From assembly GCA_963741205.1 (NCBI GenBank), contig CAVUHW010000027.1:32001-96000 (forward strand): a stretch of 64,000 bases of DNA, in the 5' to 3' direction. Every line of letters starts with the position of its first letter. Positions within the stretch are counted from its first letter, which is position 1. Of the stretch, positions 47,538-57,381 are shown piece after piece. Source of the DNA: Nitrospirota bacterium (GTDB lineage: Bacteria; Nitrospirota; UBA9217). The notes below the pieces were generated by a model. That model was given only the letters and a program-made list of their open reading frames with translations. It had not been told where the DNA came from and searched no databases. The position numbers and the translations under genes were made by a program.

Positions 47538-48314
47538 ATGAAGAAGGTCAGGGGAATATTCTATTCGATGCTGTTTGTCGCAACCGCGGCAATGATGGCC
47601 GTTCCGCTTGCCGCGGCTTCAGAAAAAAGCACTGCCGTACATGATTGGTCCTACGAAGGTGAGCATGGGCCGACCCATTGGGGCGACGTGAAGACGGATT
47701 ATGCCGTGTGCAAGACCGGGAAGAACCAGTCGCCCATCGACATCACCGGAGCAGTGAAGGCCGATCTTCCATCCATCCAGTTCGCCTACAAGCCTGCGCA
47801 GCTCAGGATCATCAACAACGGCCACTCCATCCAGGTGAATTATCCCGAGGGGAGCTTCATAACGGTTGGCGGAAAACAATATCAGCTCGTGCAGTTCCAT
47901 TTCCATCATCCGAGCGAGGAAAAAGTCAACCACAAGAGCTTCGACATGGTGGCCCACCTGGTCCACAAGGACGCGGAGGGCAGGCTCGCCGTTGTGGCGG
48001 TGCTCATGCGGAAAGCGCAGGCGAATGCATTCATGAAGACGCTCTGGGAACACCTGCCCAAAGAAGAGGGTCGTGAAGAGGTCCCCACAGGGGTGACGAT
48101 CGATCCCTCACAACTTCTGCCCGCACAGCGCGGATATTACACGTACACCGGTTCTCTTACCACGCCGCCCTGCTCCGAAGGCGTCACGTGGTTCGTGCTG
48201 AAAACACCAGTGGCGATATCCGATGCCCAGATAGACCGGTTCATGCAGTTCTACAAGCATAATGCGCGGCCTGTCCAGCAATTGGGCGGGCGCACGGTGT
48301 CCGAAAGCCGCTGA
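47538..48314 (+). CDS. Periplasmic alpha-carbonic anhydrase
   Basis: Signal peptide; WSY, NQSPIDI, NNGH, QFHFH, HLVH and GSLTTPPC motifs. Confidence 0.93.
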   Translation: MKKVRGIFYSMLFVATAAMMAVPLAAASEKSTAVHDWSYEGEHGPTHWGDVKTDYAVCKTGKNQSPIDITGAVKADLPSIQFAYKPAQLRIINNGHSIQVNYPEGSFITVGGKQYQLVQFHFHHPSEEKVNHKSFDMVAHLVHKDAEGRLAVVAVLMRKAQANAFMKTLWEHLPKEEGREEVPTGVTIDPSQLLPAQRGYYTYTGSLTTPPCSEGVTWFVLKTPVAISDAQIDRFMQFYKHNARPVQQLGGRTVSESR

Positions 48315-48408
48315 CGAGAGAACCGCGCTTCCAACCGTGTGCGCCAAAGGCGCCCGTGGTTTACATTGGCATGGTTCCGGTTTGTCCGGATCAAGGAGGA
48401 AATGAATA

Positions 48409-48954
48409 ATGAACAGATACGCATGGTTGGCAACGGCAGTGCTGATCGCGGTGATCGGATGCGCCACTCCGCTCCCGGTGAATTACGACTACGACACGGC
48501 AGCGGACTTCACGGCAATGAAGACGTTCAACTGGATGCCTCCCACAGGCAATGCTGTAGGCGATGACCTGCTGGTGAAGAGGATCAGAAACGCCGTGAAC
48601 ACCCAGCTTCAGGCAAAGGGTTGTACGGAGGCCTCGGAAAACCCGAATTTCCTGATCGCGATGCAGCTTTCAGGCAAGACCACTTACGGCGGCTCTACAT
48701 CGGTTGGCGCTTCAGTCGGAATTCCCGTGGGCAGGGCCGGGACAATTAACGTGGGCGGAGCAAAGAGCAAGCCCAAAGAAAAGACGGAGGGCACGCTGGT
48801 CATGGATTTTCTGGACGCAAAGACACAATCCCTGGTCTGGCGCGCGACGGTAACCGCCGCGGTCGAGCCCAAGGTCTCACCGGAAGAGCAGCAGGCGCGG
48901 ATCAACGGGGTGGTTGCAACTATGCTTGCGCAATTCCCGCCGAAAAAAAAATAA
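48409..48954 (+). CDS. DUF4136-family lipoprotein
   Basis: IGC lipobox, DYD...DF...KTFNW, EGTLVMDFLD..T..LVWRA, FPP end. Confidence 0.8.
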   Translation: MNRYAWLATAVLIAVIGCATPLPVNYDYDTAADFTAMKTFNWMPPTGNAVGDDLLVKRIRNAVNTQLQAKGCTEASENPNFLIAMQLSGKTTYGGSTSVGASVGIPVGRAGTINVGGAKSKPKEKTEGTLVMDFLDAKTQSLVWRATVTAAVEPKVSPEEQQARINGVVATMLAQFPPKKK

Positions 48955-48978
48955 TTCGGCTGGTGGAGGAATTTGCTC

Positions 48979-49632
48979 ATGAAGAGTATTTCGAATACCG
49001 TACGGCTGATCGCAGCAGGCAGTCTGCTCCTGATGTCCAGCCTGGTGATGGCCGGCTGCGCGGCTACCAAGGTACAGCGGGTCTGGACGGACGACACTTC
49101 CAGGGGCGTGCGCCTGAACAGTGTGCTCATTGTCGTACTGGTGAGGGAACCGTCAACCAGAAGGATGTTCGAAAGCGAGTTTGCAAGGTATTTCAAATAC
49201 CGCGGGATCAAGGCAATTGAAAGTTTCAGGGATTTTGAAATAGAGTCGCTCTATGATAAGGGTTCTCGTGATGCGATTCTTGCAAAGATGAAGGAAAAGG
49301 GCAGTGATGCGATCCTGATAACCAGAATAGTGGACCGGCGCACGAAAGAGGAAATCATCCCCGGGATGACCATCACGACGGGGATGGGGATGTGGGGCGG
49401 TTCTAGTGCTGTGGTTGCCTCTTTCCCCGGACCTTCTGCGCCGACCACACAAAGTTACTCGCACGAACAGACCTTCCTGGGACTCGAGACCAACGTGTTT
49501 GATGCCCGGACCGAAAAACTCCTCTGGTCAATCCGGACCGAGACGCGCGTCTCTGGCCCTCCACAGGAAGAGATCAAGCCTTACGTCGCGCTCGTCGCGG
49601 ATAAGTTATTCAATGCGAAACTGTTCCCATGA
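48979..49632 (+). CDS. Lipoprotein, DUF4136-like
   Basis: MAGC lipobox; ETNVFDARTEKLLWS; paralogous to 52824. Confidence 0.7.
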   Translation: MKSISNTVRLIAAGSLLLMSSLVMAGCAATKVQRVWTDDTSRGVRLNSVLIVVLVREPSTRRMFESEFARYFKYRGIKAIESFRDFEIESLYDKGSRDAILAKMKEKGSDAILITRIVDRRTKEEIIPGMTITTGMGMWGGSSAVVASFPGPSAPTTQSYSHEQTFLGLETNVFDARTEKLLWSIRTETRVSGPPQEEIKPYVALVADKLFNAKLFP

Positions 49633-49750
49633 TAACATCAATCGTGATGTTGAGATCGCGACCTTGCTGAAACCGGGAGTGTGACTGGTGGCCGAGCGCC
49701 TGCTTGCCGGTCCAATGCCAACCTTCGAGGGCGATTACAGGAGGGTGACC

Positions 49751-52016
49751 ATGATAAAGAAACTGCTGACGCAACTTAATGGGCGTGCCGCCTGGAAGAG
49801 GGCAGGTGGACTCCTGGTACTGGCCGTGGTCCTCGGTGCGATCGCGCCTGCCAGCTTCGCCGAGAACACCGGTGGCGCCGCAGTTGCCAAACCCCGGCCG
49901 CGCATCGGCCTTGTCCTCTCAGGAGGAGGCGCCCGTGGAGCAGCGCACATCGGCGTTCTGAAGGTGCTGGAAGAACTGCGCGTGCCCGTTGATTATATCG
50001 CCGGCACCAGCATGGGCTCGATCGTAGGAGGCTCCTACGCCTCGGGCAACACCATAGACCAGATGCTGATCGACATCAGCACCATCAAGTCGGCTGCCCT
50101 GGCATCGGACGCGCCTCCCCGGCAGGACGTCTCGTTCCGGCGCAAGCAGGATGATCTGAAAAACTTCGTCGGACCAGAGGTGGGCATCCGCAAGGGATCG
50201 CTGCTCCTGCCGAAGGGCGTCGTGACCGGCGTGGGGCTGGAAGCCGTGCTGCGCGATCTGGCCAAGGTCAAGGGATCCGTTAACTTCGACAACCTGCCGA
50301 TCCCGTTCCGCGCGGTGGCAACCGACATCGGTACCGGAAAGATGGTAGTATTCCGCTCGGGCGACCTGGCTGCAGTCATGCGCGCAAGCATGTCGGTGCC
50401 GGGCGCGATTGCGCCGGCCGAAGTGGATGGTAAGTCGCTTGTGGACGGCGGCTTGACGCGTAACCTGCCCGTGGACGTGGCGCGCGATATGGGGGCCGAC
50501 GTGGTTATCGCGGTGAATCTCGGCACGCCGCTCATGAGGCCTGACCAGATCAGCTCGCTTCTCGGCGTTACGGGCCAGATGATCAATATCCTGACCGAGC
50601 AGAACGTCCAGGCCTCGCTTGCCTCGCTCAAACCGGGCGACATCCTCATCGTGCCCGAACTGGGGGATTATTCCTCCACGGATTTCGACCACATGCCGGA
50701 CACGGTGCCCATCGGTGAGGCCGCCGCGCGCAAGGTAGCGGACCTGCTTTCACGCTACAGCCTGACGCCGCAGCAGTATGAGGAGCACCGGCGCCGGCAG
50801 AAGGGTGATACGGTCGCCGACACCAGGCCGGTGAATGAGATCCGCGTCGAAGGCCTGAAACGGGTCAACCCCGAAGTCGTTGATCGAGATCATGGAAACG
50901 CAGGTGGGAAAACCGCTGGATACCAAGGTAGTGGATGCCGATATGCGGCGCATCTACGGGCGGGGGGATTTTGAGCACGTCGGATACCGAATCATCGAGG
51001 AGCCGGAGAAGCGGATTCTGGTGGTCGATGCAGTGGAGAAATCCTGGGGTCCCGACTATCTGCGTTTCGGCCTCGGCCTGTCCACCGACTTCAGCGGCGA
51101 CTCTTACTTCAATGTGCTCGCGAGCTACCGCCGCACGTGGCTCAACAAGCTGGGCGGAGAATGGCGAAACGATCTGCAGTTCGGACAGGCGACGCGATTC
51201 ACATCGGAGTTCTACCAACCATTGTTCGTCAGCCGGTATCTCTTCGTGGCGCCGGCAGTAGATTATAACGAGTACCTCCAGACTGTATTCCAGGGGGCTA
51301 CGCCGATTGCCAGCTACCGCAACCGCAGCACCGCAGTCGGGTTGGATCTGGGCAGCCAGTTCACCAAGTACGGAGAATTGCGGGTAGGTCTGGTGGGAGG
51401 CCCGCGCACGTTCACACTCGCCTCAGGCTCTTCATCCCTCGCGCCGCCGCCAGGAAACGTAGACATCGGCGCAATGCGCGTCCGCTTGCGTATCGACCAG
51501 CTTGACAGCATCAATTTCCCTCGCAGCGGCTATGCGGCCACGTTGCAGATACTTGGCTCAAGTACCGACTTGGGCGCCCGTGACACCTATAACCGCTGGG
51601 AAGGCGATCTCCTTGCAGCAGTCTCCTTCGGCGCTAATTCCGTTCACTTGGCGCTCAAGGGCGGCGGGGCGATCGGAAACAAGCCGTTGCCAGCCTACGA
51701 CCAGTTTTCCTTTGGCGGGTTCTTGCAGTTGTCGGGTTACAAAACCGGAGAATTTTACGGCGAGTCTCTTGAATTCGGGCGGCTGGTGTATCTCTATAAG
51801 CTGTCCGAAGGGATGCTGACGGAAGGCATGTATGCCGGCGCTTCATTCGAGGCGGGCCGCATAGGCGGCCCGTTGGTACCGGGCAGTCCGACCAGAACGC
51901 TGACGTCAGGCGCGCTTATCCTGGCCGCCGACACGGTGCTGGGCCCGGTGTATATCGCCTACGGCATTGCGGAGAACGATAATAGAAGCTTCTATTTCTT
52001 TCTCGGCAAGCCATGA
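49751..52016 (+). CDS. Patatin-POTRA-Omp85 fusion (PlpD / type Vd-like; frameshift near 50882)
   Basis: Signal peptide, SGGGARG, GTSMG, DGG catalytic motifs, a POTRA-like segment and a C-terminal barrel ending FFLGKP. Confidence 0.88.
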
Positions 52017-52079
52017 TCCCGACGTTCCACCGGGGACCATTGAGATAATAAAATATCAGAAGAGGGGGACTTACCGTTC

Positions 52080-52706
52080 ATGAATTCAATACGTATAGTG
52101 TTTCTCGCCACGATAGTGCTGATTGCGGCAGCGGTCCCTGGTTACATTTATGCCGCAGATTTCGAGATAACTCCCTTTGCCGGATATACGTGGGGAGGAG
52201 AATTTCAAGATTCAACGACAGGCACTAAGCTGTCAGTCGATGAGAAGGCCAGTTACGGGATCATGCTGGACTTCAAACAAACCGACGACTCCCAGATTGA
52301 ACTGTACCTAAGCCGTCAGGCGACACGGCTACAGGCCAAACAAAGCAATGCGTTCACCAGTACACCACTGTTCGATCTGGATATCGATTATATTCACATC
52401 GGCGGGACATATGGCACGGATTCCGGGAAGGTGAAGCCGTTTATAGTGGGAACTCTCGGCGTAACTCATTTTGTCCCGAAAGGAGAAGGGCTCGATTCTG
52501 CGACGAAATTCTCGCTTAGCCTGGGCGGCGGTGCAAGAATATTTTTCACCGATCGTATCGGATTAAGACTCGAAGGACGGTGGTTCGGCACCTTGTTCGA
52601 CGGAAGCGGCCAGGCATTCTGTAGCTCGGGTCAATGCTTGATAAAAGTGCAAGGTGATTTGTTTTCGCAATTTGTAGCGAACGCAGGGGTCATTGTCACT
52701 TTTTAG
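52080..52706 (+). CDS. Outer-membrane beta-barrel (OmpA/OmpW-like porin family)
   Basis: Signal peptide, FEITPFAGY, LGGGARIF...IGLRLEGR, C-terminal F. Confidence 0.75.
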   Translation: MNSIRIVFLATIVLIAAAVPGYIYAADFEITPFAGYTWGGEFQDSTTGTKLSVDEKASYGIMLDFKQTDDSQIELYLSRQATRLQAKQSNAFTSTPLFDLDIDYIHIGGTYGTDSGKVKPFIVGTLGVTHFVPKGEGLDSATKFSLSLGGGARIFFTDRIGLRLEGRWFGTLFDGSGQAFCSSGQCLIKVQGDLFSQFVANAGVIVTF

Positions 52707-52823
52707 CGTAACAACGCATATAAGGCAAGGACCCATTTCCCCCATCTTGCAACTTTTCTCAGTTCACAGTATAGTTTTGCATATTTTATTGTTTTGGGAG
52801 AGAACCATAAGGAGGGTTTTGCT

Positions 52824-53426
52824 ATGAACCGTGTCAGAGTGATAGTATGGTGCCTGCTTTTATTTTTCTCGATGGGAACGTCATCATACGCGCAGACAGT
52901 GCTGACGGATGTCTGGAAAGACAAGGAGTATCGCGGCCCGGCAAAGAAAATCGCGGTCTTCTGCATCGTTCAGGATAGGGCCCGCAGGATTTTGCTTGAA
53001 GATGCGTACATTAGCCAGCTGAAAGCCAGGGGGACGGACGCATTGCCGGTATACGTCGTCATTCCGCCCGATAAGATGGTTGATAGTGAAACCGCTTTAA
53101 CAAAGATCAGCAACCTCGGGGCGGATGGCATCCTCACCGTACGGCTTGTCGACAAATTAACAGCCCAAACACAGATTCCGGAACCGGGAAAAGGCCCCAC
53201 GGAGTCTTCACGCTGGTCCGGCTATTATCACTACGTTTATGATGCGCCAACGAGAAACGAGGATGAACCGGCGTATATAGAAACAAATCTGTTTGATGTG
53301 AAAACAGGGAACCGGGTTTGGACAGCTCGATCGGTAACCAAGTTTGATGTAATCAACCAAAAACTAGGAACGGATTTTATCAGGTTTATGATCGACCGAT
53401 TGGCATCAGACAAGATGATCAAATAA
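52824..53426 (+). CDS. Secreted DUF4136-like protein
   Basis: Signal peptide; VWKD...ETNLFDVKTGNRVWTA; paralogue of 48979. Confidence 0.65.
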   Translation: MNRVRVIVWCLLLFFSMGTSSYAQTVLTDVWKDKEYRGPAKKIAVFCIVQDRARRILLEDAYISQLKARGTDALPVYVVIPPDKMVDSETALTKISNLGADGILTVRLVDKLTAQTQIPEPGKGPTESSRWSGYYHYVYDAPTRNEDEPAYIETNLFDVKTGNRVWTARSVTKFDVINQKLGTDFIRFMIDRLASDKMIK

Positions 53427-53632
53427 GGATTCATGATAATGCCCGGGTCAAGAAAGACAAAAGCGTAAGCCCTTCTTGATGATGAAAATAATGTGATTGC
53501 ATTTCGCTGCGAGGATGTCTATGATAGGCGGCAAATCCTTGGCTCGATCCCTTTCTGGAGACGCCATAATCGCATGAAGAGGGTAACATTGAAGACATGC
53601 CGTGCTTTTTTGTCAATCTGCGGTTTTTATCC

Positions 53633-53661
53633 TTGACAAACCCCCTGAAATCTCATAAAAT
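53633..53661 (+). promoter_or_regulatory. Sigma70 promoter for tRNA-Val/thrS
   Basis: TTGACA-N17-TAAAAT. Confidence 0.75.
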
Positions 53662-53691
53662 TCGCACTTGTTACCAAAACGGCAAAACCAT

Positions 53692-53766
53692 AGGCTCGTA
53701 GCTCAGGGGGAGAGCGCTACCTTGACACGGTAGAGGTCGGCGGTTCGATACCGCCCGGGCCTACCA
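53692..53766 (+). tRNA. tRNA-Val (GAC)
   Basis: Acceptor stem AGGCTCG/CGGGCCT, anticodon arm CTACC-TTGACAC-GGTAG, GTTCGAT T-loop, encoded CCA. Confidence 0.97.
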
Positions 53767-53815
53767 TGATTTCGCTTTATGTGCGGCAACACCATCTATC
53801 TATGACATCTATCTT

Positions 53816-55736
53816 ATGAGTGAAATACAACTCAGGCTGCCTGACGGTCAGGTGAAAAGTATGCCATCCGGCATCACCGGTCAGGAAGTTGCCGAGAAAA
53901 TCGGCTCTCGCCTCGCTAAAGACGCGCTTGCCATAAAAATAGACGGTCAACTTCAGGATCTCAACATCCCTGTTGAACGCAGTGCTGCGATCGAAATCGT
54001 TACCTTCGGCGCGGCCGAGGGCCGGGAAACGTACTGGCACAGTACGTCGCACCTCATGGCGCATGCGGTGAAGCAGCTTTTCCCGCAGGCCAGGCTTGCC
54101 ATCGGTCCGGCCATTGAAGAAGGGTTTTACTACGACTTCGATCTTGAGCGCCCCCTGACGCCGGAAGATCTCGTCAGGATCGAAAAGCGGATGGCGGAGC
54201 TGGCCAAGGCGGGGACGCCGATCACCAGAAAAAACATTTCCAAGGCAGATGCCTTGTCGTTCTTTAACAATAAGGGTGAGTCCTACAAGGTCGAGCTCAT
54301 CAGCGAACTGCCCGACCGAAGCGATCTCGATCTACGAACAGGGAGATTTCGCCGATCTCTGCCGCGGTCCGCATGTTTCTTCCACGTCGAAGATCAAGGC
54401 CTTCAAGCTTCTTTCCATTGCCGGCGCCTATTGGCGGGGCAGCGAGAAGAACAAGATGCTCCAGCGGATTTACGGCATCGCGTTCCCGGCAAAGGACGCG
54501 CTGGATGCCCATCTGGCGAAGCTCGAGGAGATCAAGCGGCGCGACCACAGGAAGCTCGGCAAGGACCTCGACCTTTTCTCCCTGTCCGACGAGGTGGGCG
54601 GGGGGCTGGTCCTGTGGCATCCCCGGGGCGCTCTCATCAGGAAGACGATCGAGGACTTCTGGCGCGACGAGCACCAGAAAAACGGCTACGATTTCGTGTA
54701 CTCGCCGCACGTCGGTCGCGGGACACTCTGGGAGACATCGGGCCATCTCGGTTTTTACCGGGAGAACATGTATTCGTCCATGGAAGTGGAAGGGCAGGAG
54801 TTTTATGTGAAGCCCATGAACTGCCCGTTCCACATCATGATCTACAAGAACAAGCTCCGTTCCTACCGGGAGCTGCCGCTGCGGTACGCCGAACTGGGCA
54901 CGGTATACCGGTTCGAGCGGTCCGGCGTACTGCACGGCCTGCTTCGGGTCCGCGGCTTTACCCAGGACGACGCTCATATCTTCGTGGCGCCCGAGGACAT
55001 GGAGTCGGAGGTCATCCGGGTAATCGAATTCGTCGGTACAGATGCTCAGGACCTTCGGGTTCGAGGATTTCAAGGCCTATATCGCGACCAAGCCCGAAAA
55101 GTCCGTTGGCGACGACACGCTGTGGGAACAGGCGACGCAGGCCCTCAAGGTCGCCGCAGACAAGGTCAAGTCTGGGATACGAGATGGACGAAGGCGGCGG
55201 CGCATTCTACGGTCCCAAGATCGATATCAAGATCAAGGACGCCTTGGGAAGGCTCTGGCAGTGCTCGACGGTTCAGTTCGATTTCAACGAGCCGGAGCGG
55301 TTCGACATGAGCTTTATCGGCGTCGATAACCAGGCCCACCGGCCCTACATGATCCACCGGGCGCTTCTGGGGTCGATCGAGCGGTTTTTCGGCATGCTGA
55401 TCGAGCATTACGCAGGCGCCTTCCCGGTCTGGCTCGCTCCGGTGCAGGCGAAGGTGCTGTCGATCACGGACAACCAGCTCGATTACGCGAAAGGCGTGCG
55501 GGACCAGCTTCTTGCCGCGGGGATCAGGGCGGAACTCGATTCCCGTTCTGAAAAGATCGGGTTCAAGATCCGCGAGGCCTGCGATGGAAAAGGTCCCTTA
55601 CATTCTCGTGGTCGGCGACAAGGAAGTGCAGCAGAACGCGGTGGCCGTGCGGGAGCGCGGAGGCAAGGACCTGGGTGCCATGCCGCTTGCGGAGTTCATC
55701 GATAAGACGCAAAAAGAGATCCGTGAGAAACGGTAA
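53816..55736 (+). CDS. thrS: Threonyl-tRNA synthetase (several apparent frameshifts)
   Basis: TGS domain, [39 protein letters not shown] and IHRALLGS motifs. Confidence 0.96.
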
Positions 55737-55810
55737 CGGCTTTTTGAATTTAAATTTCCAATTCACGAGTTTCAATTTCCCGCAAAGCGGGATCAAGGGG
55801 GTGATTGTTT

Positions 55811-56330
55811 ATCACTAAAATTACGACAAGAATCAATTTTCTGATCAAGGTGAAGGAAGTCCGGGTCATCGACGCAGACGGAGGCCAGCTCGGGATCCTC
55901 GATACCCGTGAGGCAATCAGAAAAGCCGAAGAGGCGGGACTCGACCTGGTCGAGGTGGCGCCCACGGCTAAGCCGCCGGTCTGCCGCATCATGGATTTCG
56001 GGAAATACAAGTACGAGCTTGCGAAAAAGGCCGCCGAATCCAGGAAACATCAGACCGTCATCGTTGTCAAGGAGATCAAACTCCGGCCGAGGACGGACGA
56101 GCACGATGTGAACTTCAAGGTGAACAACATCAAGCGGTTCCTCGAAGAAGGCAACAAGGTCAAGGTGACGATCATGTTCCGGGGACGCGAGATGGCCCAT
56201 ACCGAGCATGGCAGGGCATTGCTTGAACGGATCGTCACGGAACTGCAGAATGAGGCCGTCGTTGAGCAGACGCCGCGCATGGAAGGCCGGAACATGACGC
56301 TGTTGCTCGGCTCCAAGGCCAAGACGCGTA
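55811..56330 (+). CDS. infC: Translation initiation factor IF-3 (probable ATC start; 3' end uncertain)
   Basis: RIN..I...EVRVID, LDLVEV, CRIMDFGKY, KEIKLRP and FRGRE motifs. Confidence 0.93.
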
Positions 56331-56444
56331 GGATCTGCCGGATTCCGGCAACGTTTATCCACGACGATGATGCGGAGGCAGATCGTCTCCGCTTTCAATA
56401 TACGCTGGAGCTGAAAACTAACGATTTTGGAAGGGGAATGAGAT

Positions 56445-56666
56445 ATGGCAAAGACAAAGGTGAAAATTAAACTGAAGACCAACCGAAGCGCCGCCAAGCG
56501 GATCAAAGTGACGGGCTCCGGCAAGATCATGAGACGCAAGGGCTGGAAGGGCCATCTGCTCTCGGGCAAGAACGCCACGCGCAAGAGGCGGCTGACCGGC
56601 GATTTTGAAATCGATAAGAGCGAACGGGAAAATTTCCAGCAGATGCTGCCGTACGGAGTGAAGTAA
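56445..56666 (+). CDS. rpmI: 50S ribosomal protein L35
   Basis: KLKTNRSAAKR.KVTGSGK...HLL..K...RKRRL, MLPY. Confidence 0.95.
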   Translation: MAKTKVKIKLKTNRSAAKRIKVTGSGKIMRRKGWKGHLLSGKNATRKRRLTGDFEIDKSERENFQQMLPYGVK

Positions 56667-56669
56667 TAT

Positions 56670-56754
56670 AGTTCAAGGTTCAAAGTTCAGAGTGATAAGG
56701 ACTTGCTGACTATGAACTGAGAACTATGAACTATGATATTGTGAACTATGAACT
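56670..56754. repeat. Inverted heptamer array (AGTTCAA / TGAACTA)
   Basis: About three units facing about five complementary units between rpmI and rplT. Confidence 0.7.
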
Positions 56755-56771
56755 GAGGAGGTTTCAAAACA

Positions 56772-57126
56772 ATGCCGAGAGCTAAAGGCGGCCCCAAAAC
56801 GAGGGCCAGAAGAAAACGGGTGCTCAATCTTGCCGAGGGATACTGGGGAGCAAAATCGAAACTGTACCGCTCCGCTACCGAAGCGGTTGACCATGCACTT
56901 CAAGTACGCATACCGTGACCGGAAGGCCCGCAAGCGGGATTTCCGCAGACTCTGGATCGCGCGCATCAACGCGGCAGCGCGCCTGAACGGTGTGACCTAC
57001 AGCAGGTTCATGGCCGGGCTTACCAAGACCGGCGTGGCCATCGACCGCAAGATCCTCGCCGATCTCGCGGTGACCGATCCGGCCAGTTTCACCAAGCTGG
57101 TTGAGACGGCGAAGACCGCGTCGTAG
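56772..57126 (+). CDS. rplT: 50S ribosomal protein L20 (frameshift near 56898)
   Basis: MPRAKGG...[35 protein letters not shown]. Confidence 0.95.
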
Positions 57127-57136
57127 AAGCTCGTTG

Positions 57137-57292
57137 AACCACGGGTCCCGACATGCTCGGGACACACGGATTAACACGGGTCAAAACGATAAGAACATCT
57201 CGATCATTATTTTATTCTCTGTTCTGCCGTGTGTCCGCCTCCGTCCCGCATCCTATCTGATTGGATACGGAGCGGGGAAGCGGACTGTGGTT
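57137..57292. repeat. Composite palindromic repeat with inserted hairpin modules
   Basis: AACCACGG...GTGGTT arms; inserts GTCCCGA..TCGGGAC and GCCTCCGTCCCGCATC...ACGGAGCGGGGAAGC (the latter shared with 3293). Confidence 0.7.
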
Positions 57293-57310
57293 ATAATTAA
57301 GATCTTTCTC

Positions 57311-57337
57311 GGCCCCGGACAACCGGGGCCTTTTTTT
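57311..57337 (+). terminator. Rho-independent terminator after rplT
   Basis: GGCCCCGG-ACAA-CCGGGGCC followed by T7. Confidence 0.85.
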
Positions 57338-57381
57338 GTTGACAATACGCTGCAATTCGGTTAAAAAACATCAGGAAAATT

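Noticed and set aside
53692-53766. tRNA-Val as an integration site for the envelope block
   Set aside because: The block lies 5' of the tRNA, and no integrase or duplicated tRNA 3' end (att) was seen in the window.
56330-56470. C-terminal extension of IF-3 overlapping rpmI
   Set aside because: More likely an indel near AAGACGCGTAG removed the true stop; the extension is not IF3-like.
56670-56754. Short periodic repeats as a CRISPR array
   Set aside because: They are 7-mer inverted arrays without unique spacers; there are no cas genes in the window.
53816-57126. thrS and rplT as pseudogenes
   Set aside because: These are essential genes with fully conserved motifs in the joined frames; sequencing error is far more plausible.
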